Shown here piece after piece: positions 37,904 through 50,121 of a DNA stretch of 64,000 bases. Origin of the DNA: Balamuthia mandrillaris (taxonomy: Eukaryota). The notes under the pieces are model-generated. The model did no database searches and had not been told where the DNA came from. It saw nothing but the letters and a program-made list of their open reading frames with translations. Location of the stretch: positions 248,001 through 312,000 of the forward strand of contig JAVKOQ020000023.1 in the NCBI GenBank assembly GCA_031835245.2, read 5' to 3'. Position numbers and translations under genes: made by a program. The first letter of the stretch is position 1. The number at the start of each line of letters is the position of its first letter.

Positions 37904-39284
37904 GAGTGAAAATGGGCATGATTGGGTGGTTAACGTCTGGCTGGATTGTTTTCGCGGAGAATAAAATCATTTCCTGGATAAGGCTATCCTCAAATTGAAA
38001 ATAACTCCCTGCAAGGAGGACTTCATAGCTGGCAAGTAAAAGATAAAAAACTAGAGAGGATGTAGTTGGTTTTTGCCCCCAAAAAAAGGTGTATATAGAA
38101 GAATGTGGATTAAAGAGTTAAAAAAAATATTCATTGTTTTTTGAAGTTTTGAAGTGAAACAAACATAACACAAGTTTAAAAGTCCTCATACTGCTCATAT
38201 CTGCGCTTTCTTGTATTTTCTAAATATCTTCTTTTTGCTTCTTTTCTTTTATTTTCTCTCTCAATCGCGTTTTCTTTTCTTTCTCGCATTTGAGCACGAT
38301 AATATTGGCGCTCATCAACTGCTAACGGGTGGGCAGAAAGTAGATGCTCATTGGTAAGAAGGATGAGAAGATCAATGTTAGCATCAAACTTGTTGTGGTC
38401 ATAGGGATAGGGCTTGCGTAGAAAGGCCCAAAGCTTGTACATTCGTCCAAAAAAGCATTCTATAGGCACCCGAAGCTTTGCTAGCTCTCTGTTTTGAAAA
38501 CGTTCTGCTGCTGTCCTCACCTGAGATTGTTTTTTGATAGTTATTCTTCGAAAACCAGGAGTATCTTGAGCTGGGCCAACATAACCTTTGTCAAACAATG
38601 CACTCCAGCTTGTTTCCGTATTACCATCAACACGGTGGATCATGGCAGTCTCTTGGGCACTTTTGGTAAGGTATGGGATGTAGGCCGAGTAGTGCTCTTT
38701 GAGAATGGAGTAGTCATGTCGGGCTCCAGGTGCTCCAGGAAAGGAGAACAGAGCAAAGTGAGGAGGAGAGGCCATCACCGCAACTTCCTTCTTCAACGCA
38801 TAGATTCTGTTCTTTCCATCAAAGTAGTGTTTGCCTTCCTCAAACCGAGAGTTGTTTGGACGAAAGACTTCCACACTGGTAGAGTCAACGAGGAGGGCAA
38901 TGTGAGCGTATTGGGAGAGCGTTTCATCCTCGTCCATCAAAGGGATTGGTCGGCGACGATTGCCTTGCCACCATCTGTCCTCAAGCACCTCCAAAAGGAT
39001 GGGCCGGATCCTGTTTATCGCAGCTTCCACGGTGGTTTGTTTTGTCTCTTCGCTTTGTTCGTTCGCTGCGGAAAACGGGCGTAACAGTGAACAACCGCGA
39101 AGTAGTTACGTTTGCCACCGGAAATATTACATTTCGGATTATCTTATTTGGCTCCATAGAAAAAGTAAATCACATTTGACGTCATCATCCCGTTCGGAGG
39201 ATTAAGGAAACCTGGATATGATTTTATTCTCCACGAAAACAATGCAGCCACACGTTACCCACCCAATCATGCCCATTTTCACTC
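37904..39284. mobile_element. DNA transposon of the PIF/Harbinger-IS5 (PHIS, DDE_Tnp_4) type, about 1.38 kb, with ~75 bp imperfect TIRs and a short TSD
   Basis: Left end GAGTGAAAATGGGCATGATTGGGTGGTTAACG... is the reverse complement of right end ...CGTTACCCACCCAATCATGCCCATTTTCACTC; flanked by ATT on both sides. Confidence 0.9.
38176..39105 (-). CDS. DDE transposase (DDE_Tnp_4 family), intronless, apparently N-terminally truncated
   Basis: Catalytic triad motifs LLVDST, LFDKGYVG and RVPIECFFGRMYKLW, plus HYFDGKNRIYALKKEV. The frame is open to 39105 with no upstream ATG. Confidence 0.85.
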   Translation of the reverse strand, partial: LLRGCSLLRPFSAANEQSEETKQTTVEAAINRIRPILLEVLEDRWWQGNRRRPIPLMDEDETLSQYAHIALLVDSTSVEVFRPNNSRFEEGKHYFDGKNRIYALKKEVAVMASPPHFALFSFPGAPGARHDYSILKEHYSAYIPYLTKSAQETAMIHRVDGNTETSWSALFDKGYVGPAQDTPGFRRITIKKQSQVRTAAERFQNRELAKLRVPIECFFGRMYKLWAFLRKPYPYDHNKFDANIDLLILLTNEHLLSAHPLAVDERQYYRAQMRERKENAIERENKRKEAKRRYLENTRKRRYEQYEDF

Positions 39285-39909
39285 ATTATTATTTTTTTAA
39301 TTATTATTTGGGTTGAATTGATCTGAGTGTTGCTTTTATGGCAAATCGCCGGATAAAAAGGGGTGCACCCTTCAATTGTGGGTTGTTTAAATTTATTTTT
39401 TTAGTTGAATAGAAATCCGGTCATATTGCTGTCACCGCCGCCGCCGCCGCCGCCGCCGCCACGGGAAAAACAATCGGACAACGGCAGAGGAGCACATCCG
39501 TGTTTCCCCCTCTTGGCTTCTTTCATTTGTCACACTTGTCTTGCTGTGCCCCGTTTGAGTTTAGGTATCACAACACCTCCTTCGCGCTATCTCTCTCTGC
39601 TACCACTTTTTTTTAAAAAAAACTCCTGCTGCTGTCACCTTCCCCCCCCCTATCGTGGTTTTTTTTTTTCCAAGTGTGTGTGTGTGTGGTTTTTTTTTTT
39701 TAATTTATGGTTTTATTCTTTTTTCTTTGGCTTTGACAGTTCTTTTTCTTCTTGCAAACCTTTTTTCTTTAAAATAACCAATCTTCAAGAGAGAGACCTC
39801 CTCCCCTCCCCCCCTTGAAAGCGCCCCACCCACAGCTATACACACACACACACACAACAACAACAACAGCACCACAGCTGACACGCACACACACACAGAA
39901 CCAAAAAAG

Positions 39910-41472
39910 ATGTTGGAAAACGCGAACCTGCGGTTGATATTCTGCGTGGCGGGGCTCTTTGGCTCCTTCCTGCTCTACGGCGTGGCGCAGGAGCGCATCA
40001 TGACGCAGCCCTACGGCGAGGACCCTGAGACCGGCAAGGAGCTCATGTTCACCTCCTCCGCCTTCCTGGTCTTCATCAACCGCATCGTCTGCGTGGTGGC
40101 CGCTGCCGGCATTTTGCTCTACAAGGGGGAGAAGCTGAACAACCAGGCGCCCCTCACCAACTACTTTGCCATCTCCATGTCCAACGTGTTGGCCACCTAC
40201 TGTCAGTATGAGGCCCTAAAGTCCATCAGTTTCCCTACCCAAACGTTGGGCAAGTGTGGCAAAATCATTCCTGTCATGATCACCGGTGCGTTCATCTTTT
40301 GTTTTTGACATTGTTGTTGTTGTTGTTAATGATGAGGCTAATTATATTCTTTTTTTTCCAACACAAAGGAACCTTTCTGCTGAAGAAGAAGTATGGAGCA
40401 AGTGACTATCTTGAGGCGTTGGGTATCACCACTGGTTGCATGATTTTCTTGCTCACTGGAGTACGTTTTTTTTTGGCTTGATTCCGTTTAGCGAAACCCT
40501 CTTTTAACTCTCTTTTCTTCTCTTGCTTCCCTCTTCTCTCTCGTTCTTCTTCTTCTTCTTCTGCTTCTTCTTCGCTCTCTCTTTTATGAAACAGGACATC
40601 AGTGGAGGAAATGACAAGACGGACACCCCTTGGGGACTGTTCCTCATGGCTGGCTATCTGTTCAGCGACAGCTTTACCTCTGTCATCCAAGGTACTTTAT
40701 TCTTCTTTGTCCCTATTTCTTTTTCTGTTTCGTACTTGTCTTCTCCCCTCCCTTGGTCTTTCTCCTGTATCTCTGTTGCTAGTTTCCTCTTCCTCTTTTC
40801 TCTTCTCGTAGTTGCTGATGTCCATTCTACAAACAGAAAAACTGTTCAAGGATTTCTCTGTGTCAACATGGAGTCAAATGCTTTGGGATAACATCTGCTC
40901 TGCTGTCATCAGTATGATTGGTTCGTTCGCCTTCTCTTTCTCCTTTCTTCGCTTGTCCTCAAAAACTTTTGCTCATTCTTCATGATCACCTTCCCAAAAC
41001 AACAGCTCTCCTTCTCAGCGGCACCTTCTTCTCTGCCTTTCAGTTCGCGATGACCTACCCTCAACTTATGTTCGACGCCCTGCTGCTCTCTTTCTTCGCC
41101 TTCACCGGAAAGGCCGCCATCTACTACACTATCAAGGAGTTTGGCTCCCTGATCTTCTCCATCGTGATGACCACCCGCCAGTTTGCCAGCATGGTCCTCT
41201 CCAGCCTCATCTTCTTGCATCCCTTGACGATGTACCAATGGCTGGGCGCCCTTATCGTCTTTGGCATCATCTATTACAAGACCGTCAACAAGAAGAGAGG
41301 AGGCCATGGGCACGGACACGGATCAGCCAAACCTTCCTCCTCTTCTTCATCGGGAATGAAGGCCGTGGTGGGCGATGACGAGGAGGCGAGGATGAAGGCA
41401 AAGGGCCGGGAGGAGGACTTGCAGTCGGTGCTTGTGGATCCTGTTGGCAAGGAGAGCAAAGGCTCTTTCTAA
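39910..41472 (+). CDS. UAA-family nucleotide-sugar/PAPS transporter (SLC35B2-like), multi-exon
   Basis: LYGVAQERIMTQPY, FLVFINR, CQYEALKSISFPTQTLGKCGKIIPVM, DSFTSVIQ, YYTIKEFGSLIFSIVMTTRQ. Confidence 0.9.
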
Positions 41473-41581
41473 AAAAAACATAAACACACAAAACGATCTC
41501 CATTAACTCTTTTTTTTTTTCCAACAAGAACAAAACTTTTTTTGGGTGATGACGAAGAAGAGAAGCAAAGATGATTGTTAT

Positions 41582-42293
41582 TTATGCAACGTGAAGGGGA
41601 ACGGGCAGGGCTTTGATTTCGGTCTCCAGAGCTTGCAGCTTGGAGTTAAGCTTGGAGTCCTTTTTGGGGGAGATGAGAACGCAGCTGGTGGGGCGCTTGC
41701 AGCCGCTGCTCGCTCCGAGCTCTTCCTTGCTGGGCACGTAGACGTAGTGGATGTTGGCCTCCTCGCAGAGTACCGGCAAGTGGGTGATCACGTCCAGCGG
41801 AGTGATGTCTCCGGCGATGATGCAAACGCTGAAGAGGTAGAGGAAAGGACAGGTGTGAGGCAGGAGTAGGATGGATTTCGATTTTTTTCATCTTCAAAAA
41901 AAGAGCGACAAGTAGAAATGAATAAAGAGTGGGGAAAAGAAGCAAACGTACCCCTTCTCATTCTTTTTGATTGATTTGATGACTTCTTTTACACCCCGCT
42001 TCAGAGCCTTTTCCTTGGCGGCTGTTTTTTTTTTAAAAAAAAAAAAGATAAAGAAGGTAAGAGAAGACGGCAAACAAAAACAAGGCCGGTGGTGTGAACA
42101 GAAAAAAAATTCTCTTGCCGACGGGCAAAAACGGACCTTTCTTGTTCAACTTGAGGATCTTTTTGCTGAGGGGCAAAGGTGCCAGAGGTTGTGCGATCTC
42201 GTTTGTGTGATACACCTTCTCTTCCGTGTCCATCGCCTTCTTCTTCTCCGAGCTCTTCTTGCTCTTCTTCTTCGGTGTGGAGTCCTTGCCCAT
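41582..42293 (-). CDS. NHP2: H/ACA snoRNP subunit NHP2 (L7Ae family), 3 exons
   Basis: IAQPLAPLPLSKKILKL, LKRGVKEVIKSIKKNEKG, IIAGDITPLDVITHLPVLCEEANIHYVYVPSKEELG...KRPTSCVLI. Confidence 0.93.
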
Positions 42294-42592
42294 TTTGTTT
42301 TTTGTTTCCTGTGTGTGTGGCCTGCCTGCGCTTCTTTCTTCTTCTGCTTCTGGCTTCTTTCTTTTTCCCCCTTTTTTTTGGCTTTTCCCCGTTTTTTCTT
42401 TCTCTAAATGCCAGCTTTTCAACCTCGTACGCAAGAGAAAAGTCGAAAGGACTCCAAATTCATCTATTAGGTTAGTAGTTTCGGTGTTTCGGGAAGTTTC
42501 CGATGACGTGTGCCGTTCAACTCCGGAGGTGGCCACAACAGATAAGAAAAGGTAGCAGGAGGAGGAGGAGGAGGGTTGGAGAAGCCGCCGCA

Positions 42593-43095
42593 ATGGAAGC
42601 AAAACTCGATCTGGTTCTTGCCCAGCTTAAAAGCCTTTCCGATGAAGTCAACAGGCTGAACACAGGCCAAAAGATAATGTATGCACACCAACCCTCGATG
42701 CTTCGTCAGGGGTCCCTGCCGAAAACAACAAACATGGTTGCTGACCTTCCATCCTGTTTCTTGAGGTTTGCCAAGCAGCAAAACATGCAAAAGGCCCCTG
42801 TGAACCTCTTGAAAAAGTTCCCAACCAAGAAGGAGCCTTGCCCCCCATCTACCCTCCCTCCTACAGCTCGTTGCTGCTCGCCGACAATGAGGGAAACGCT
42901 GCTGGATGGAAGGCCAAGCAGAGCCTGGCGCTCATACGATTTTATGACCCAGAGTATGAGTCAGATGAAGAGGCCCAAAGCACTTCCCCTCGCCGCCGTG
43001 TAAAACTGGCCTCGTGTTTGGGGTTTACTCCCTCCCAGTTGCTCCTCGGCTATAAGATGCAACTGTGGGGCGTAGATAAGAGAGACCTGGACTAA
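42593..43095 (+). pseudogene. Frameshifted copy of the Mug135-like coiled-coil gene at 52690-53198
   Basis: Near-identical to the reverse complement of 52690-53198, but with a 21-bp indel in exon 1, acceptor TAG changed to GAG, and a 1-bp loss after AACATG that shifts the frame. An assembly error cannot be excluded. Confidence 0.7.
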
Positions 43096-43174
43096 GGCAG
43101 AAGAGAGAATGGAAAAAAACAAAGAGAAGTGAACAACAGGAAGGGGCTGGAGTTTATGGCTGGAATACTCAAAC

Positions 43175-43803
43175 TTAGTGAAGCTTTCCGGACATCATCT
43201 TTACAAACTCGTTGTAGTCCACTTGACCGTCTCCATTCACGTCCGCCTCACGAATCATTTCATTGATCTCAGAGTCGGAGAGGTTCTCGCCGAGGTTCAT
43301 CATGACCTCCCGCAGCTCTGCCGGCGAGATGAGACCGTTGCCGTCCTTGTCAAAGACCTTGAAAGCCTCACGCAACTCATCGTCGCCCTCACTGTCCGCC
43401 AACTTCCTCGCCATCATTGTCAGGAACTCATCAAAATCGATTTCCCCGTTTCCTGTTTACACATACCAATAAAAATTAGAGAGAGATCATAAAGCATAGA
43501 TTTGATGGAGATGAAAAAGAAGAGTATTGAGAATAACATTTTAAAAGGAAAGGTAAAGAGCAGTTTACATAAGGAGAGAAGAGGAACGAGAAGGAAAAGA
43601 AGAGGAGAGAACAAAAGGAACGAACCATCGGCATCAACCTCGTGGATCATGTCTCTGAGTTCGGTCTCGGTGGGGTTTTGGCCCAAGGACTTCATGACGG
43701 TGCCGAGCTCGTCGATGGAGATCTGGCCGTTGCCATCTTTGTCAAACAGGGAGAAGGCCTCTTTGAACTCCTCGATTTGCTCTTGAGACAATTTTTCCAC
43801 CAT
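43175..43803 (-). CDS. Calmodulin / calmodulin-like protein (4 EF-hands), 2 exons
   Basis: [67 protein letters not shown]. Confidence 0.95.
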
Positions 43804-44090
43804 TTTTATTTTTTTAAAGCTCTTTTGTTTCTTTCCGTCTGATTATTGACTGTTGTTTGCCGCAGGTAAATTATAAAAAAATCCATTATAAACAAAAAAC
43901 GTTTTCTACCACAAACAACATAAAAAAAAAAAAACACGCGCACACAAAATCATATTAACCAAAGAGAAACAAACGAACCTTTGGTTGAACGTGAATGAAA
44001 GGGGGGACACAAAAGGGAGGTCGAACGTGCGTTTCTCTCTCTTTCACTTTCTTTCTTCTTTTTTTTGGCTGTTTCGAATTTTTTTTAATT

Positions 44091-44560
44091 GCGGGGGCTC
44101 GCTGAGGGGTGAACCGTAATCCGTTAGGGGAACTTTTCGCCCAAGGAAGACGCCAGAATGCTGCTTGTGTGCAGGTTTCTGTGCAACAACTCCAGGCGGG
44201 GTCCGTTGCCGATCCCAATGCTCTTCCTTTTAAGCTCTTTCGACAGAGAGAGCTTGCCTGAGCTGTGCTTCGTCCCACCCCACCCGTTTACGCCTTAGAG
44301 TGGTATTCGTGAACTTTATTTCACCAATAGTTGTTCTACCACGGAGCCCTCGTAAACCCACAACGAGCCGCGCAGCCATGGGAGCTCCCTGTACACAACA
44401 TATGTTTATGTACGCCTTTTATTGTGTTCACCCATAAGGGTAACGATGAAGCGCCGGGCAAAACAAAGCCGGGGACCGGCTTAGCTCCGGTTTCTATCAA
44501 AAAAATGGCTGGCGGGTTTACTTGTCGACTTTGTTGCAATTTTTATGGTCATTTTGACCA
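44091..44560 (+). ncRNA. Candidate structured non-coding RNA of unknown family
   Basis: Many nested complementary segments with G-U pairs that work only on the + strand; no credible ORF; see findings. Confidence 0.45.
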
Positions 44561-44731
44561 CGCCCGTGTTCCTCCAACAGATCTTTTCGCGCACGATGTG
44601 TGCTGTTGTTGACCTCTCTAGCCGCTCCGAAAACCTAAAGAAAAAAAAGTGTAGCAAACGAGTAGCAGCAAAGAAGAAGATCTTTTCCTTCAGAAAAACA
44701 GCACTGAGAGAGAGGAGAGGGATAGGGCATC

Positions 44732-46040
44732 ATGGAAGCTTCAGCAATGGACGTGGTTTCTGCCACCAAAACATCAGAGGCAACAGGCAATGACGTTGCC
44801 GCCACCACCACCAACTCCTCCTCTGCCACTGGTCCTGAGGTGGGAGGGGAGAAGGTGAAGTTCACGCTCACCTTCAAGAAACAAAAGTTCGAGGTGGAAT
44901 GGCCATTGGAGGACACCATTGCCAACCTGCGCGCTCACTTTCATCAACTGACGGGTGTGCCTGTGCCCCTCCAAAAGATTATGTTTAAAGGTTTGTCCCT
45001 CCTCCCTTCCTCCCGCTCTTCCTCTCAAACTAATCGCTCGTTTTTTTTTTTGAAAAGGACCTCTTACTGGCAACACTCTGCGTGAAGCTGGCTTGAAAAA
45101 TGGTGCAAAGGTGATGCTCATTGGCAGCACGCTCAACGAGGTTGTGCAAGTGAACATCACTCCTGAACAAACCTCTGTGGCTGAAGCTGAAGGTGAGAAA
45201 TCCAACCTCTCCACCTTTATTGTTAGTTTTGTTTACACTTATTATTATTTTCTAACTCACTGCTTCCCATCGTTGTGAACCCAACAGAGGCCAAGACCAA
45301 AGAGCCACTCTCTGAACAAACGGCAAGTCATCTCTACACTTCACTCTCTCCACTCACCGTCTCCTTGCTCTTGTTGCTCTCTGCCAACGTGGCTAACGTT
45401 TTGTTTCGCTTTGTACAGAAGCATAAAAAGATTTTGGAAAAGGGGCTTCCCGAAAATGCAATGCCAGGCATCAAAGGAAGAAATGTATACTACCTCACTT
45501 AACCTCCTTCCTTCTCTCTTTACTTCTCTTCTTCTTCTCACGTCATGCGGTGTATTACTCAAAAAGGAGCCATTGCCAGAGGCTCCACTCGTAGGAATCT
45601 TGAACAACAGAGGTACCCCCGTGCGTTTAACTTTCAAGGTACTCAGTCAGTCCTTCCTGTTATATGTGCCATCACGTTGTCTCACCTGTTACACAAAAAA
45701 CAAAAACCCACAGGTTTGGTCTCAGGAACTGTGGATATCTTCCAAGACAAGTACTCAGCAGCTTCCATTCGCCTCCATCAAAGCCATTCACTCTGAGCCC
45801 ATCAAAGGGAAAGAAGAATATCATATCATGGTTAGCCCTTCTCTGCTGTTCTCTTTCCACTTCCCTTCTTCTTTATTCTTGATTGTTTCGTATTCAAAGA
45901 ATGGCAAACTTACTGTTACATTTACATCCGTGTAGACCCTACAATTGGGACAAAGCGAGAACAGCAAATACTGTCTGTACTACGTGCCTAATCAGTACGT
46001 AAAAGCCATCAAGGACGCTATCCTTGGTGGGTTTATCTAA
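44732..46040 (+). CDS. UBFD1: Ubiquitin domain-containing protein UBFD1-like, multi-exon
   Basis: Ubl domain (FKKQKFEVEWPLEDTIANLR...TGVPVPLQKIMFKG), KVMLIGSTL, KEPLSEQT|KHKKILEKGLPE, VRLTFK, SEPIKGKEEYHIM, YYVPNQYVKAIKDAILG. Confidence 0.88.
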
Positions 46041-46178
46041 GTGTTGCCCTCTCTTTTTCATTGTAAGTAATCCTTTATTAAACAAACTTAAAACCCTCAT
46101 TCTTTTTTGTTTTTAGTTCTCTCTTCTCCCTTCTCTTCTCTCGTTGCCTTTCTTCTCTTTCCTCTTTATTATTGTACT

Positions 46179-47054
46179 TCAATGATAGAGGCGAGCCAAA
46201 TTACGAACGATAAGAAGCACGATCTCACGCGGCAAATGCAAAGCACCCTCCACCATCTCACCTCTCAACCTGACCTCACTCAACAACAATGCTCTAACCG
46301 CCGCCCTAAACTCTTGCGGATACTTTTCATGCACCGCTCTCTCCGCTCGCCACTCCTCCAACTCAAACCATTGCAACTCTCCCTTTCCGCTTCTCCTCCT
46401 CCTTCTTTTCGGCAACTCGTAAACAAGCTTGCCTTCCTCTGCATCCGCAAAACGAATGACCTGCAAGGTGGCAGGACCGTTGGGCTGAACGCAGCTTGTT
46501 CGACAGTCGCTGCCCTCCCATACCTCTTGATAGTACTCGCTGTCATACTCCTCGATGCGGGACAAGGTGAAGCGTTGCGTGCGGTCATAGATGCAGCTGT
46601 TGACGCCGCCGCGAAAGGCGTTGTTGACGCGTTGGAAGAACCATTTCTTGCCGGCGGCGATGGCCTGGGCTTTGTCGGTGTAGACACGGTACTCGGGGAG
46701 GACGTAGATATCGTAGACAGCCGGCACGATGGTAGTTACCACGAGGTAGATGGGGCCAAAGGCAGTTTTCACCGCTACCTGTTCTTTGGATTCATCATCG
46801 CTTTGTTCATCTTCTTCGTCTTCGTCTTCGTCTTCCTCCTCTTCCTCCTCTTCTTCGTCGTCCTCTTTGTCTTCCTCTTCTTTTTGTTTTGCTTCTTCTG
46901 GTGTTTCCGCTTTTTCAGTTTGTTGTTCTTCCGGCGATGTGCGTTGTTGCTTGGTCGGCCTTTGTTGTTGCTGCTCCTCCTCTTCTTCACGACCCTCCCC
47001 CCCGCTTTCCTCCAACGGTTCGCCCGCCTTTCTCTTCCCTGCCGCCTGTGACAT
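46179..47054 (-). CDS. Hypothetical protein: acidic N-terminus, novel middle domain, C-terminal W..E.H..YP..FR..VRALLL...LPREIV motif; single exon
   Basis: 291-codon ORF from MSQAAGKRK with protein-like composition. Confidence 0.7.
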   Translation of the reverse strand: MSQAAGKRKAGEPLEESGGEGREEEEEQQQQRPTKQQRTSPEEQQTEKAETPEEAKQKEEEDKEDDEEEEEEEEDEDEDEEDEQSDDESKEQVAVKTAFGPIYLVVTTIVPAVYDIYVLPEYRVYTDKAQAIAAGKKWFFQRVNNAFRGGVNSCIYDRTQRFTLSRIEEYDSEYYQEVWEGSDCRTSCVQPNGPATLQVIRFADAEEGKLVYELPKRRRRRSGKGELQWFELEEWRAERAVHEKYPQEFRAAVRALLLSEVRLRGEMVEGALHLPREIVLLIVRNLARLYH

Positions 47055-47854
47055 TTTTTTTCTTTTTCTTTTGGGCAAAAACCAAACTGAATCGTTAACC
47101 CAATGAAAAATCAAAGAAATCACCCGGATCCGGCAAAAAGGAAAATTAATCATCACGATCGGGCGAATGGCGGCGCAATTTCCGGGGTAAATGCAGCCAA
47201 AAAGGTAAAGAAGAAAAAAACACAAACAAGTTTAAAAAAAAAAGTCGCTTCGGCCAGAAAGAGTAGCAGCAGCAGCAGCAGCACTGGGTGAAGAGGTACG
47301 TTGCACACAGCTCCACATTATCCTTCTTCCATCTTCTTTCTTTCTTTCTTTTTTTTTACTTTACTTTCCATGCTCCTCTTGCTTTCTCTTTCTCTCTGCC
47401 AAAAAAAAAAAAATCTTTGTTACGAGATTTTTTTTTCTTTTCCAAATCTTTCAAGAGAGAAAGTGAGCGAAATAGAAGAGAAATTCAAGAACAAGCAGAG
47501 AGCAAAAAAAAAAAGTGAAGAGCGAGAGGGAGGCTCAGAGGTGATGAGGCGTTGTCCCCTCAAATTTTAAAAAGACAAAAAAAAAGAAGGAAGTGTGAGA
47601 GAGACGACAGCGAGTTGTCCGCTGTTTTTCCTTTTGGGTTTGGCGAACAAACCGACAGAACCAACTTCCTTTTTTCTTTGTTCCTCTTTCTGTTTATTTG
47701 TTGGTGGTTTTCTTCTTCTCCTTCTTCTTTTGCTTTTTTTTCAAACGATAGAACACAACCAACCAACACACGCTGTTACTCAGTGGTCAGCCTCCACACC
47801 TTTAATTTGGAAGGAGAGTTTGAGAGAGAAGAAAGAGAGAGAGAGAGTTGCAGA

Positions 47855-50028
<2,174 letters not shown>

Positions 50029-50121
50029 ACTAAACAAGAAACCTCTTGTGCTATTTTTTTTTTTTAAAATAAACAAAAATACAAAAAAAAAACGAATGAA
50101 CGTTTCTCTTGTTTTTCTTCA

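Noticed and set aside
44352..44365. AACCCACAAC as a telomerase template within the candidate RNA
   Set aside because: It does not match the TTAGGG template and is predicted to be paired with 44514-44521; it cannot be supported without knowing the telomere repeat.
44413..44423. CGCCTTTTAT resembling U5 snRNA loop I (GCCUUUUAC)
   Set aside because: Mismatch in an invariant position and only a weak closing stem.
46107..47051. 314-aa + strand ORF and similar antisense ORFs (e.g. 29117-29899, 38494-39084)
   Set aside because: Shadows of real genes on the opposite strand; no recognisable motifs.
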